A DNA stretch of 64,000 nucleotides, taken from positions 736,001 to 800,000 of the forward strand of contig CAVXJS010000011.1 in assembly GCA_963762145.1 (NCBI GenBank), read 5' to 3'. This DNA is from an uncultured Candidatus Rokubacteria bacterium (lineage in GTDB: Bacteria > Methylomirabilota > Methylomirabilia > Rokubacteriales > CSP1-6). A program made the position numbers and the translations under genes. Below, piece after piece: positions 29,365 through 41,000 of this stretch. Position 1 is the first letter of the stretch. Each line of letters starts with the position of its first letter. Below the pieces are notes generated by a model. That model did no database searches and was not told the DNA's origin. It was given only the letters and a program-made list of their open reading frames with translations.

Positions 29365-30373
29365 GCTGCGCCGGGATCCGGTGGTGGGTCGGTGGGTGAT
29401 CATCTCCACCGAGCGCGCCCGCCGCCCTTCCGACTTCACGCCGGCCCCGCCGCCAGCGCAAGGGCGGGCCCTGCGTGTTCTGCGGGGGGCGAGGAGCATC
29501 GCACCCCCGAGGAGGTGCTGGGCGCTCCGTCCGGGCCGAGGCGAGCCCAACACCCCGGGCTGGCTCCTGCGCGTGGTGCCCAACAAGTTCCCCGCACTCC
29601 GCATCGAGGGCGAGCTGGAGCCGGCGGCGGAGGGGCTCTACGACCGGATGAACGGAGTCGGCGCGCACGAGGTGGTCATCGAGTCGCCCGATCACGACGC
29701 GGTCATCGAGCGCCTGCCGCCCGCGCATCTGGCCGAGGTGTTTCGCGCCTACCGGGACCGGATCGTGGATCTGGCCAAGGACCCGCGCCTCGAGTACGTG
29801 ATGGTCTTCAAGAACCACGGGGATCCGGCCGGCGCCTCGCTCGAGCACACCCATTCGCAGCTCATCGCCACGCCGGTGGTGCCGCTCATGGTCGAGGAGG
29901 AGCTGGCCGGCGCGCTCCAGCACCTGCGGATCAAGAAGCGCTGCATCTGGTGCGACATCATCCGGCAGGAGCGCCAGGAGGGCGGGCGGGTCATCCTGGA
30001 CCAGGACGGGTTCATGGCGCTCTCCCCGTTCGCGCCGCGGTTTCCGTTCGAGACCTGGATCCTGCCCACCGTGCACCGGTCGCGCTACGAGGACACGCCG
30101 CCGGGCGACTTCGCCCGGCTGGCCGCGGTGGTCCGGCAGGTGCTCGGGCGGATGAGCGCAGTTCCTGGACGATCCCCCGTACAACTTCATGCTCCACAGC
30201 GCGCCCCTGCGGGCCCCGGCCCTCGACCACTTCCACTGGCACCTCGAGATCATCCCCAAGCTGACCCGGGTGGCCGGATTCGAATGGGGAACCGGGTTCT
30301 TCATCAACCCGACCCCACCCGAGGAGGCTGCGAAATACTTGCGCGGGGAGCCCCCGGATCGCCCGTAAATTGA
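29357..30373 (+). CDS. galT: Galactose-1-phosphate uridylyltransferase (GalT/HIT family); several frameshifts
   Basis: [35 protein letters not shown]; tail [16 protein letters not shown] in another frame. Confidence 0.85.
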   Translation: MPELRRDPVVGRWVIISTERARRPSDFTPAPPPAQGRALRVLRGARSIAPPRRCWALRPGRGEPNTPGWLLRVVPNKFPALRIEGELEPAAEGLYDRMNGVGAHEVVIESPDHDAVIERLPPAHLAEVFRAYRDRIVDLAKDPRLEYVMVFKNHGDPAGASLEHTHSQLIATPVVPLMVEEELAGALQHLRIKKRCIWCDIIRQERQEGGRVILDQDGFMALSPFAPRFPFETWILPTVHRSRYEDTPPGDFARLAAVVRQVLGRMSAVPGRSPVQLHAPQRAPAGPGPRPLPLAPRDHPQADPGGRIRMGNRVLHQPDPTRGGCEILARGAPGSPVN

Positions 30374-30398
30374 CACTATGCAAGGCGTTTGTTACACT
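30370..30398 (+). promoter_or_regulatory. Sigma70 promoter for the tRNA cluster
   Basis: TTGACA-17 nt-TACACT. Confidence 0.75.
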
Positions 30399-30426
30399 TT
30401 CTCGCGGTTCTGTGACAGGATGTTTT

Positions 30427-30501
30427 GCGGGAATAGCTCAGTGGTAGAGCACAACCTTGCCAAGGTTGGGGTCGCGGGTTCGAATCCCGTTTCCCGCTCC
30501 A
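30427..30501 (+). tRNA. tRNA-Gly(GCC)
   Basis: GCGGGAA/TTCCCGC acceptor stem, anticodon loop TTGCCAA, GTTCGAATC, CCA end. Confidence 0.98.
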
Positions 30502-30526
30502 ATATAGCGGGGCGGTAAGGTGTAAG

Positions 30527-30602
30527 GGCGGCGTAGCCAAGTGGCTAAGGCGGAGGTCTGCAAAACCTCTATTCAGCGGTTCGAATCCGCTCGCCGCCTC
30601 CA
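30527..30602 (+). tRNA. tRNA-Cys(GCA)
   Basis: GGCGGCG/CGCCGCC stem, loop CTGCAAA, U discriminator, CCA. Confidence 0.97.
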
Positions 30603-30631
30603 TAATTGGGGGCGGTCCAGCGGTGGGTTGG

Positions 30632-30720
30632 GCCGGGGTGGCGGAACTGGGAGACGCAGCGAACTTAAAATTCGCTGGTCCGTAAGGGCCGTGGGGGTTC
30701 GATTCCCTCCCTCGGCACCA
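30632..30720 (+). tRNA. tRNA-Leu(TAA)
   Basis: GCGAA-CTTAAAA-TTCGC anticodon arm, long variable arm, CCA. Confidence 0.96.
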
Positions 30721-30756
30721 GAAGTCGAAGCGCACTCAAGCACGGAGGCAATCAAG

Positions 30757-31212
30757 GTGGAAACCTTGAAGGTAGTCCGGAAGACCTTCACGATGTTGAG
30801 CGAGAAGCGGACCCAGGTCCTGGACATCACCAAGCAGATCCGGGACATCGTGCTGGGCGCCGACATCAAGGAGGGCATCATTCTGGTCAACTCCCTCCAC
30901 ACCACCTGCGCGCTCTTCGTCAACGAGTTCCAGGGCGCGCTCGTCGACGACCTCAAGACCATGATGGAGCGGCTGGTCGCCGACAATGCGGGCTACAAGC
31001 ACGACGATCCGCGCTTCTCCGACTGCGAGCGAGGCAACGCGACCTCGCACCTTCGGGCCGCGCTGCTCGGGCGGAGCGTGGCGGTGGGGATCAGCGGCGG
31101 CGAGCTCTCGCTGGGCCGCTTCCAGTCGATCCTGTTCGCCGAGCTCGATGGCCCGCGGCCGCGGAGCATCGACATCCAGATCATGGGGGTCGGCCCGATA
31201 GCCGGGAACTAG
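30757..31212 (+). CDS. YjbQ/UPF0047 family protein
   Basis: LHTTCALFVNE, YKHDD, NATSHLR, LGRFQ, ELDGPRPR; GGAGG upstream of GTG 30757. Confidence 0.88.
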   Translation: METLKVVRKTFTMLSEKRTQVLDITKQIRDIVLGADIKEGIILVNSLHTTCALFVNEFQGALVDDLKTMMERLVADNAGYKHDDPRFSDCERGNATSHLRAALLGRSVAVGISGGELSLGRFQSILFAELDGPRPRSIDIQIMGVGPIAGN

Positions 31213-31394
31213 CGCACCCGCCGCGCCGCTGGATGTCCGCGGCCTGGGCGCGAGCGCGCCGGGCCATGGTCTGAGCCCCCGGCTTTACGATGCGAGGGCT
31301 CAGAATGGCCTTCGAGTCCCTAAGCGAAGCGTCGGTTGACCGGACGCACCGCGTTCCTGCTCCGCGAATCCGCCGTGGTAGACTTACCCTCCGT

Positions 31395-33112
31395 ATGTCC
31401 TGGAAACTCAAGAAGAAGGCTCAGGATCTGGTCGCCTCGGAAGAGGGCGTGGTCCGCAAGGATTGGGGCGGCCGCGTCACCATCGCGCTGGTGTACCCGA
31501 ACACGTACGCGGTCGGCATGTCCAACCTGGGCTTCCAGACCATCTACAGCCACCTCAACGCCCTCCCGAACGTGGTCTGCGAGCGCGTCTTCTTCCCGGA
31601 CCCCGAGGACGTCGACGAGTACGGGCGCACCGGGACGGCCCCCTTCTCGCTCGAGTCCCACCGGCCGCTGACCGACTTCAACCTGGTCGGCTTCTCGATG
31701 ACCTACGAGGGCGACTACATCAACGCGGTGCGGATGCTGCGGATGGCGGAGCTTCCGCTGCGGGCCGCGGATCGGGGAGCCCGGGGATCCGGTGGTGATG
31801 ATGGGCGGGCGTGTGCGCCTTCTCCAACCCCGAGCCCATCGCCCCCTTCATGGACTTCGTGGTGGTCGGGGAAGGCGAGGAAGTGGTGGGAGAGATCGTC
31901 ACCGCCTGGCTCGAGAGCGAGCCCGGCGACGACGGCAGCCGCCGCCGCTTCATCGACCGGCTGAAGCCGCTGGCCGGCATCTACGTTCCCGACGCGTACC
32001 GGGTGGACTACGGCCGCGATGGCCTGATCGAGGCGGTGACGCCGCTCGAGGACGACGTGCCCGCGCTGGTGGTCAAGCGCCGGCTGAAGGACGTCAACCG
32101 CTTCGAGACGCGCTCCTCGCTCAAGACGCCCAAGGCCGAGTACGGGCACATGGAGCTCCTGGAGGTCGGCAAGGGGTGTGGCCGCGGCTGCCGGTTCTGT
32201 CTGGAAGGCCAGGTCTACCGGCCGGTCCGTCACCGGAGCCTCGAATCCCTGCGCGAATCGGTGGCGAAGATCGCCAAGGAGTCCAAGCGGGTCGGGCTCG
32301 TGGGGGCCTGCGTGTCCGACTACCCGTGGATCGGCGACCTCATGCGCATGCTCGAGGAGGCCGGGGTCGAGGTGTCCATCTCCTCGCTCCGGGCCGACAG
32401 CCTCACGGAGGACCTGGTGGCGTCGCTCCAGCGCGGGGGGCACCGGACCCTGACCATGGCACCGGAAGCGGGCACCGAGCGGCTGCGCCGCGTCGTGCGC
32501 AAGGCCATCACCGACGAGCAGCTCTACGAGGCCTGCCACCTGCTGCGCCGCTACGGCATCCCGAACCTCAAGTGCTACTTCATGATCGGGCTGCCCACCG
32601 AGACCCGCGAGGACATCGAGGCGATCCCCGATCTGGCCGCGCGGCTGATCGAGCGCCTCCGTGCGCTGGGGCCCGACGGCCACTCCTTCGGCAAGCTGAC
32701 GCTGTCGGTGTCCTCCTTCGTCCCCAAGCCGTGGACGCCGTTCCAGTGGGCGCCGTTCGACGATCCGCGGGCGCTCGAGGAGAAGCTCGACATCATCAAG
32801 CGGGCGGCCCGTCGGCTCGACACGATCCGGGTGGTGCACGAGAATCCGCGCGAGGCCGCGCTCCAGGCCCTGCTCGCGCGCGGCGACCGACGGGTGGCCG
32901 ACTTCGTGGAGCTGGCCGCGCAGCTCGACGGTGACTGGCGCCACGCCCTCCGCGACTGGGCCGGCGACCCGGCGTCCTTCACCCGGCGGCACCGGGAGGC
33001 GGCCGAGATCATGCCGTGGGACCACTTCGACGTCGGGGTGAAGAAGGCCGGGCTCCTCCGCGAGTGGGAGCGGGCGCTCGAGCCCGCGGTCCCCGCGGCG
33101 GCGGTGCGGTAG
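31395..33112 (+). CDS. Radical SAM protein (YPNTY..GMSNLG type); frameshift(s) near 31780-31810
   Basis: YPNTYAVGMSNLGFQ, GCGRGCRFC (CxxxCxxC), APEAG, YFMIGLP, FVPKPWTPFQ. Confidence 0.88.
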
Positions 33113-33116
33113 CGCG

Positions 33117-33422
33117 ATGGCCTCCTTCAAGGTCGCCAAGGCCACCGAGGTGCCGCCCGGCCAGGGCCTCGTGGTCCAGGCGGGGGCGAAGAGCCTCGCG
33201 CTCTGGAACGTCGACGGCGCCTATCACGCGATCGACAACACCTGTCCCCATCGGGGCGGCCCGATGGGCGAGGGCGATCTGGATGGCCGGCTCGCGATCT
33301 GCCCGTGGCACGGCTGGCGCTGGGACGTGACGACCGGAGCCAACGCCAACAACCCCGCGGTCAAGATCGGCTGCTTCCCGGCCTCGGTGGTTGACGGCGA
33401 CGTGTACGTGGAGATGCCGTGA
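33117..33422 (+). CDS. Rieske [2Fe-2S] ferredoxin (NirD/BphF-like)
   Basis: CPH...CPWH Rieske motifs. Confidence 0.92.
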   Translation: MASFKVAKATEVPPGQGLVVQAGAKSLALWNVDGAYHAIDNTCPHRGGPMGEGDLDGRLAICPWHGWRWDVTTGANANNPAVKIGCFPASVVDGDVYVEMP

Positions 33423-34439
33423 TCCGGGACACGCTCGAGCGCCCGCTACGCAACCTGCGGCTCTCGGTCACCGACCGCTGCAACCTGCGCTGTCAGTACT
33501 GCATGCCCGAGGAGGAGTACGTCTGGCTGCCCCGCAATGACGTGCTGACCTTCGAGGAGATGGACCGGCTCGTGGACGTCTTCGCCGACCTGGGGGTGGA
33601 CAAGGTGCGTCTCACCGGCGGTGAGCCGCTGCTCCGGCGCGACCTCGACCGGCTCGTGCGGCTCCTCGCGGCCAACCCGCGCATCCAGGACCTGGCCATG
33701 ACCACGAACGGGGTGTTGCTGGCCGAGCAGGCGCCCGCGCTGCGCGCGGCGGGCCTCCACCGGGTCACGGTCAGCCTCGACACGCTGCGCGAGGATCGCT
33801 TCAAGACGTTGACCCGACGCGATACGCACGCTCGGGTGCTGGAGGGCATCGCGGCGGTGGGGAAGACGGGCTGGCCCGGGCTCAAGCTCGACACGGTCGT
33901 GATGCGTGGGGTCAACGACGACGAGCTGGCCGACCTGATCGAGTACGCGGCGACCGTCTCCGCGGAGGTGCGCTTCATCGAGTACATGGACGTGGGTGGC
34001 GCGACCCACTGGAGCATGGACCGCGTGGTGTCGCGCCAGGAGATCCTGACCCGGCTCGCCGAGCGCTACGGGCCGATCGAGCCGATCGTGGAGGAGAGCT
34101 CGGCGCCCGCCGACCGCTTCCGCCTCCCCGACGGCCGCGTGTTCGGGATCATCTCGTCCACCACCGCGCCCTTCTGCCGCAGCTGCGACCGGAGCCGGCT
34201 CACCGCCGACGGCGTGTGGTATCTCTGCCTCTACGCCGCGCGCGGCACCGACCTGCGCGGGCCGCTGCGGGAAGGGCGCCTCGCGCGAGGACCTGCTGGC
34301 CCTCATCCGGTCCACCTGGCAGGCGCGTCGCGATCGCGGGGCGGAGGAGCGGCTGGCGACTCCCGACCGGAGCCCGCTGATGCAGATCGGCGAGCTCAAG
34401 CGCGATCCGCACCTCGAGATGCACACGCGCGGCGGGTAG
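33419..34439 (+). CDS. moaA: GTP 3',8-cyclase; frameshift near 34272
   Basis: LRLSVTDRCNLRCQYC, TGGEP, FCRSCDRSRL; C-terminal EMHTRGG in the shifted frame. Confidence 0.94.
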
Positions 34440-34443
34440 GGCC

Positions 34444-35145
34444 GTGGACCAGCCCGGCGTGGACGTGCGGGAGAAGGGCGCCAACCAGCAGATCTCCGAG
34501 CGCCGGCTGTTCGTCCAGCTCCAGGTCTGGACGGGCTGCCCCGACGGCAAGCCGCTGGTGGAGGCGATGGAGCGGAGCCGGATCGAGGGCGTGCTCTACC
34601 ACGACGTCAACGATCCCGCCGGCGTGGCGCTGCTGGCCTTCCACGAGGATCCGGCCTTCTTCGCGGGCACGCTCCGCGGGCTGCTCGCCGCGGAGCCGTT
34701 CGTCTCGCTCCGGCACCGGCCCGAGCTCACCATGCTCGGGCGCACCTATGCCTCGGGATTCGAGCCGGACCTCGAGGACTGGCTCCTCGCCCGCCCGCGC
34801 CGGACCGTGCTGAATCCGGCCTGGCCCTGGGGCATCTGGTATCCGCTCCGACGGGACGGGGCGTTCGCGCGGCTGACCTCGCAGGAACAGGGGGCGATCC
34901 TCCGCGAGCACGGCACCATGGGCCGGGCCTACGGCGACGCGGACCTGGCCCACGACGTGCGGCTCGCCTGCCACGGCCTCGACGCGCACGACAACGATTT
35001 CGTGATCGGACTCGTCGGGCGCGAGCTGCACCCGCTGTCCCACCTGGTGCAGGCCATGCGCCGGACCGCGCAGACCTCCCAGTACCTCCAGAGCCTGGGC
35101 CCCTTCTTCGTGGGTCACACGCTCTGGCAGAGCCCGCTGCGGTGA
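34444..35145 (+). CDS. Chlorite dismutase/coproheme decarboxylase superfamily heme protein
   Basis: WYPLRR, EHG proximal His, GLD..DNDFVIG, GPFFVG. Confidence 0.8.
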   Translation: MDQPGVDVREKGANQQISERRLFVQLQVWTGCPDGKPLVEAMERSRIEGVLYHDVNDPAGVALLAFHEDPAFFAGTLRGLLAAEPFVSLRHRPELTMLGRTYASGFEPDLEDWLLARPRRTVLNPAWPWGIWYPLRRDGAFARLTSQEQGAILREHGTMGRAYGDADLAHDVRLACHGLDAHDNDFVIGLVGRELHPLSHLVQAMRRTAQTSQYLQSLGPFFVGHTLWQSPLR

Positions 35146-35537
35146 GCCGACGAGCCGCCGCCCGACGCGCGGGCCGGGTTCTGGGCGCGATCCTGCTGGT
35201 CGCCGTCGCGGTCGTCCCGGCGGGCTGCGCGCCGCTGCCGCCCGCGCGCCAGGTCACCGACATCAACCTGCTCGTGGGCCGCTGGCAAGGGCAGATCACG
35301 TTCAGCCGGGGTCCGTACCAGCTCTTCTACCTCACGATCAACCCCGACGGCACCCTCATCGCGTCGTGGGACGGCGTGACCCGCTGGGGCAAGGTCACGC
35401 TCGAGGGCGCCCGCACGCGCTTCAGCTTCTACATCTGGAGCGGCAACCTCGACTACCTCGAAGGCGGCGGCAACCGCGTCATCCTCCTCAAGGAGGATTT
35501 CTCCCATTGGGACGCGATCGTCCGGCCCCTCACCTAG
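35142..35537 (+). CDS. Hypothetical lipoprotein
   Basis: Basic N-terminus, hydrophobic stretch and PAGC lipobox; host-like codon usage. Confidence 0.7.
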   Translation: MSRRAAARRAGRVLGAILLVAVAVVPAGCAPLPPARQVTDINLLVGRWQGQITFSRGPYQLFYLTINPDGTLIASWDGVTRWGKVTLEGARTRFSFYIWSGNLDYLEGGGNRVILLKEDFSHWDAIVRPLT

Positions 35538-36027
35538 GGCGCCCGGCGGCCTCCCACGCGGCCAGGTTGGCCTCGATCTGCCTGGCGTGGATCTCGAGAT
35601 GCTCCGCATAGATCGTCAGCCAGTCCAGCGCGGTGTAGCGGCCCGACCCGGTGTGACGGCCTTCCTTCGCCCAGGCCTCCTCGGGCAGGCGACGCAGCAT
35701 CACCACGGTGTTGGCGCGCACCGCCCGCACGGTGGCCAGCGCAAGGTCGACCGGGTGCCCGTGATAGTCGAGCGCGACCGCCCAGACGTTCTCGTCGTAG
35801 CCCAGGACCACCGGCTCGGGCTCGCAGACCACGTAGCGGATGCGGGCGGCCCCGTTGGTCTCCGAGTCCGCGCAGTGGCAGACCACCTCGTGGGCGGACC
35901 ACTCGCCGGGCGCCGGGCGCCACTTCCGCGCTTCTGCGGGGACGCGGCCCAGGGCGCTCTCGAGGCGCGCGGGGCCGTCGACGTACTGCTGGATCAGGTG
36001 CTCGCGATCGGATCGGGTGAGGCTCAT
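35530..36027 (-). CDS. DinB-family protein
   Basis: PGEWSAHEVVCHCADSE and HLEIH His motifs. Confidence 0.85.
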   Translation of the reverse strand: MSLTRSDREHLIQQYVDGPARLESALGRVPAEARKWRPAPGEWSAHEVVCHCADSETNGAARIRYVVCEPEPVVLGYDENVWAVALDYHGHPVDLALATVRAVRANTVVMLRRLPEEAWAKEGRHTGSGRYTALDWLTIYAEHLEIHARQIEANLAAWEAAGRPR

Positions 36028-36029
36028 CG

Positions 36030-36551
36030 GTGATCGTCTCCTTCCGGATGCGGTTGATACGGACGGCGCTGGCCGCCGCGGCCGGGATCCTCCTCGCGGC
36101 CGCCGCCCACGCCCAGCCCGAGCGCGCCGCCGCGCGCGTGGACCACGCGGGCGTGCAGGCCCTGCTCGTGACGCTCGGTTACCACCCGCGCGAGGCGCGC
36201 AACGAGACGGGGCCCGAGTACGAGATCGTCCTTCGCCCGCCGGGCGGCCTCGCGGTCACCACCCGGGTCACCCTGTCCAAGGACGGCACGCTGGTGTGGC
36301 TGGTGGCCTGGCTCAAGAAGGTGCCGCCCGGCCGGACCATCAGCGGCAACGCGGTGCTCAACATGCTGAACGAGAACGACGCCATCGGTCCCACGCATTT
36401 CTCCTACAACGAGGGACGCCGCTGGTTCTTCCTCAACAAGCCGGTGCCGAATCAGGGTCTGACCGCCGAGCGCCTGCAGGCCGAGCTGCAGCAGCTCGGG
36501 GCGACGATCGCGCGGACCGAGGCCCTCTGGGACTTCGAGCGCTGGAAGTGA
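36030..36551 (+). CDS. Exported hypothetical protein (YbjN/T3SS-chaperone-like fold suspected)
   Basis: Signal peptide ending AHA; MLNEND.IGP.HF pattern. Confidence 0.6.
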   Translation: MIVSFRMRLIRTALAAAAGILLAAAAHAQPERAAARVDHAGVQALLVTLGYHPREARNETGPEYEIVLRPPGGLAVTTRVTLSKDGTLVWLVAWLKKVPPGRTISGNAVLNMLNENDAIGPTHFSYNEGRRWFFLNKPVPNQGLTAERLQAELQQLGATIARTEALWDFERWK

Positions 36552-36606
36552 CAAGCGAGAATTCTGGCGACGGCAAGTTCGGAAGGCTTCCCGGTCGCGC
36601 GGGGTC

Positions 36607-38055
36607 TCAGGGCAGGGGCGCGGGCAGGTCCGAGCGCCCCATCAGGTAGCGGTCCACGCCGCGGGCGGCGCTGCGGCCCTCCGCGATGGCCCACACGATC
36701 AGCGACTGACCCCGCTGCATGTCCCCCGCGGTGAACACGCCCGGCACGCTGGTCATCCAGTGCTCGTCGCGCTTGACGTTCCCCCGGTCGGTGAGGGCGA
36801 CGCCGAGCTGCTCGAGCAGCCCGGGCCGCTCGGGGCCCACGAAGCCCATGGCGAGCAGCACGAGCTCGCAGGGCAGGACGAACGCCGAATCCGGCACCTC
36901 CCGGAACACGAGGCGTCCGCCCTCGCGCGCCGGCTCCACGCGCGCCACCTCGAGGGCCTTCACGCGGCCGCGCTCGTCGCCGACGAAGCGGGTGGTGGAC
37001 ACCGAGTAGATGCGCGCGCCGCCCTCCGCGTGGGCGGAGGAGACCCGGTAGATGTTCGGCCACTGCGGCCACGGGTTGTCGGCGGCGCGGCTCTCCGGCG
37101 GGCGCGGGAGGATCTCGAGCTGGTGGACCTCCAGGGCGCCCTGACGATGCGCGGTGCCCAGGCAGTCGGCCCCGGTGTCGCCGCCTCCGATGATCACCAC
37201 CCGCCGGCCCTCGGCGCTGATGAAGGCGCCGTCGGGCACCGTGTCGCCCTCGCAGCGCCGGTTCTGCGGCGTGAGGTAGTCCATGGCGAAGTGCACGCCG
37301 TCCAGCTCCCGCCCCGGAATCGGCAGGTCCCGGGGGGCGCAGGCGCCCCCGCAGAGCACGAGGGCGTCGAACTCGCGTCGCAGCGCCTCCGCCGGCCGAT
37401 CCACGCCCACGTGCGCGCCCACCACGAAGCGCACGCCTTCCGCCTCCATCTGGGCGAGCCGCCGGTCCAGCACCCGCTTCTCCATCTTGAACTCGGGGAT
37501 GCCGTACCGGAGCAGCCCGCCGATCCGGTCCGCGCGCTCGAAGACCGTGACCTGGTGGCCGGCGCGCGCGAGCTGCTGAGCGGCCGCGAGCCCGGCGGGA
37601 CCGGAGCCGATCACCGCGACGGTCTTGCCGGTCGGCGCGGCGGGCGGCTCGGGGGCGATCCAGCCCTCCTCGAACGCGCGGTCGATGATCGCGAGCTCGA
37701 CCGCCTTGATCGTCACCGGGTCGTCGTTGATGCCGAGCACGCAGGAGCCCTCGCAGGGCGCCGGGCAGAGCGTGCCGGTGAACTCGGGGAAGTTGTTGGT
37801 GGCGTGCAGGCGGTCGATCGCCTCGCGCCACTTGTCCCGGTAGACGAGGTCGTTCCAGTCCGGGATGAGATTGCCGAGCGGGCAGCCCTGGTGACAGAAG
37901 GGAATGCCGCAGTCCATGCAGCGCGCGCCCTGCTGCCGGAGGGTTTCGCCCGGCCACGGGAGCATGACCTGGCGCCAGTCGCGCGTCCGCTCCTCGACGG
38001 GCCGGTACGGCTGCTTGTCGCGCTTCCACTCGATGAATCCGGTGACCTTGCCCAC
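36607..38055 (-). CDS. gltD: Glutamate synthase small subunit
   Basis: [38 protein letters not shown]. Confidence 0.97.
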   Translation of the reverse strand: MGKVTGFIEWKRDKQPYRPVEERTRDWRQVMLPWPGETLRQQGARCMDCGIPFCHQGCPLGNLIPDWNDLVYRDKWREAIDRLHATNNFPEFTGTLCPAPCEGSCVLGINDDPVTIKAVELAIIDRAFEEGWIAPEPPAAPTGKTVAVIGSGPAGLAAAQQLARAGHQVTVFERADRIGGLLRYGIPEFKMEKRVLDRRLAQMEAEGVRFVVGAHVGVDRPAEALRREFDALVLCGGACAPRDLPIPGRELDGVHFAMDYLTPQNRRCEGDTVPDGAFISAEGRRVVIIGGGDTGADCLGTAHRQGALEVHQLEILPRPPESRAADNPWPQWPNIYRVSSAHAEGGARIYSVSTTRFVGDERGRVKALEVARVEPAREGGRLVFREVPDSAFVLPCELVLLAMGFVGPERPGLLEQLGVALTDRGNVKRDEHWMTSVPGVFTAGDMQRGQSLIVWAIAEGRSAARGVDRYLMGRSDLPAPLP

Positions 38056-38066
38056 GTCCGGAACCT

Positions 38067-41000
38067 CTAATTGTGCGCGCTGGCCATGACGGCCTCGTCG
38101 GCCGACATCCCGGTTTCCTGCGCCTTCTTGATCGCCTCCATGACCCGCTTGTAGTCCCGCGGGATCACCTTGACGAACCGGGAACGGCTCCGCTCCCAGT
38201 CCACGAGCAGCCGGGCCGCCACCGGGCTGTGGGTGAAGCGGATGTGCCGGGCCAGGAGATCCTTGACCAGCTCGACATCCGCGGTGTCCACCACCGCTTC
38301 CAGATCCACCATGCCCAGGTTGCAGCGCGCCTTGAAGTCACCCGCCTCGTCGAGCACGAAGGCGAGGCCGCCGGACATGCCGGCCGCGAAGTTCCGGCCG
38401 GTCTTCCCGATGACCACCACGCGGCCGCCCGTCATGTACTCGCAGCCGTGGTCGCCCACGCCTTCCACCACCGTGAGCGCGCCGCTGTTGCGGACCGCGA
38501 ACCGCTCGCCCGCGACGCCGCGGAAGTAGGCCTCGCCGCCGGTCGCCCCGTAGAGCACGACGTTGCCGACCAGGATGTTCTCCTCGGCCACGAAGGTGGC
38601 CTCCCGGGGCGGGAAGACGATGAGCTTGCCCCCCGACAGGCCCTTGCCGATGTAGTCGTTGGCGTCCCCCTCGAGGGTGAGCGTCACGCCGCGGGGCAGG
38701 AAAGCTCCGAAGCTCTGCCCGGCCGAGCCCGTGAAGTGGACGCGGATGGTATCGTCGCGCAGCCCTTCCGCGCCGTGGCGCGTGGTGATCTCCGCGCCCA
38801 GGATCGTGCCCACCGTGCGGTTGACGTTCTTGATCGGCAGCCGGATGTCGACCGGCTCCTGCCGCTCCAGCGCGGGCGCGCACAGCGGGAGCAGCGTGGT
38901 CATGTCGAGCGAGCGGTCGAGGCCGTGGTCCTGCTCGACCACCTTCCGCACCGCGACCTCGGGGCCGACCACGGGCCGGTGCAGGATCGCGGAGAAGTCG
39001 AGGCCGCGCGCCTTCCAGTGGTCGACCGCGGCGGCCACGTCGATGCGATCCACGCGACCGATCATCTCGTCCATGGTCCGGAAGCCGAGCCGCGCCATGT
39101 GCTCGCGCACCTCCTCCGCGATGTAGCGGAAGAAGTTCTCGACGAACTCGGGCCGCCCCGCGAACTTGGCCCGCAGGTGGGGGTCCTGGGTCGCGATGCC
39201 GACCGGACAGGTGTTGAGGTGGCACACCCGCATCATGATGCAGCCCATGACCACGAGGGGCCCGGTGGAGAACCCGAACTCCTCGGCCCCCATGAGCGCG
39301 CCGATCACCACGTCGCGGCCGGTCTTCATCTGGCCGTCGACCTGGACGATGATCCGGTCCCGCAGCTTGTTCATCACGAGGACCTGCTGCGTCTCGGCGA
39401 GCCCGAGCTCCCACGGGGTTCCGCCGTGCTTGATCGACGTGAGCGGGGCCGCCCCGGTGCCCCCGTCGTGGCCCGAGATCAGCACCACGTCGGAGTGAGC
39501 CTTGGCCACCCCGGCCGCCACGGTGCCCACCCCGACCTCGGAGACGAGCTTGACGCTGATGCGCGCCTTCGGGTTGCTGTTCTTCAGATCGTGGATGAGC
39601 TGGGCCAGATCCTCGATCGAGTAGATGTCGTGGTGCGGGGGCGGGGAGATGAGCCCGACGCCCGGGATCGAGTGCCGCACCTTGGCGATCCACGGGTAGA
39701 CCTTGTGCCCGGGGAGCTGACCGCCCTCGCCCGGCTTGGCCCCCTGGGCCATCTTGATCTGCAGATCCTCCGCGTTGACCAGGTACTCGCTGGTCACCCC
39801 GAAGCGGCCGGAGGCGATCTGCTTGATCGCGCTGCGGCGCGAATCGCCGTTGGCCTCGGGCCGGTAGCGGTCGGGATCCTCGCCGCCCTCCCCGGTATTG
39901 GACTTGCCGCCGAGGCGGTTCATGGCGATCGCGAGCGTCTGGTGCGCCTCGAGACTGATCGAGCCGTAGGACATGGCCCCGGTGGCGAAGCGCTTGACGA
40001 TCGCCTCGACCGGCTCCACCTCCGCCAGGGGCACCGGCTCCGGTGCCTCGCGCAGCGTGAACAGGCCGCGCAGGGTCGCGTGGTTCCGGCTCTGATCGTC
40101 GACCGTCTTCGTGTACTCCTTGAAGATCTTGTACTGGCCGCTCTGCGTCGCGTGCTGGAGGCGGAACACGGTGTCCGGGTTGAAGAGGTGATACTCGCCA
40201 TCGCGCCGCCACTGGTACTCGCCGCCCCAGGTCAGCTCGCGGCGGCCGCCCGCCGGCCGCTCCGGATGCGCGCGCCGATGGCGCGCGATCGCTTCCTCCG
40301 CGACCACCTCGAGACCGACCCCGCTGATGCGGGAGGCGGTCCAGGTGAAGAAGCGGTCGACGAGCTTCTTGCCCAGCCCGATCGCCTCGAAGATCTGGGC
40401 CCCGCGGTAGGAGTGGATGGTGGAGATCCCCATCTTGGAGATCACCTTGAGCACGCCCTTGTTCAGCGCCTTGATGTAGTTCTTGACCGCGGTCTTGTGA
40501 TCGAGGCCGGGCAGGAGGCCCTGGCGGATCATGTCGTCGAGGCTCTCGAACGCGAGGTAGGGATTGATCGCGCCCGCCCCGTAGCCCAGCAGCAGGGCCA
40601 TGTGGTGCACCTCGCGGGCCTCTCCGGTCTCGATGACGAAGCCGACCTTGCAGCGGGTGCCCTCGCGGATGAGGTGATGGTGCACGCCCGCGGTGGCGAG
40701 CAGGGCCGGGATCGGCGCGTGGGTCGCGTCCACCCCGCGGTCGGACAGGATCAGGAAGGTGTTGCCGTCGGCGACCGCCCGGCTCACCTGCGCGCACAGC
40801 TCGTCCATGGCCCGCTCGAGGCCCGCGCCCCCGTCGGCCACCGGGAACAGCATGGACACGGTGGCGGCCTTGAAGCCGGCCTGGTCCACGTGCCGGATGC
40901 GCGCCAGCTCGTCGTTGTTCAGGATCGGGGTCTTGAGCTTGATCTGGCGGGCCGCCTCGGGAACCGGCTCGAGCAGGTTGCCCTCCGGCCCGATGCTCGT

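Noticed and set aside
30376-30756. ORFs overlapping the tRNA cluster
   Set aside because: Spurious translations of tRNA genes; the yjbQ start was moved to 30757.
33419-34813. MoaA with a long novel C-terminal extension
   Set aside because: A frameshift near 34272; the canonical ...RGG* end lies at 34439 in another frame.
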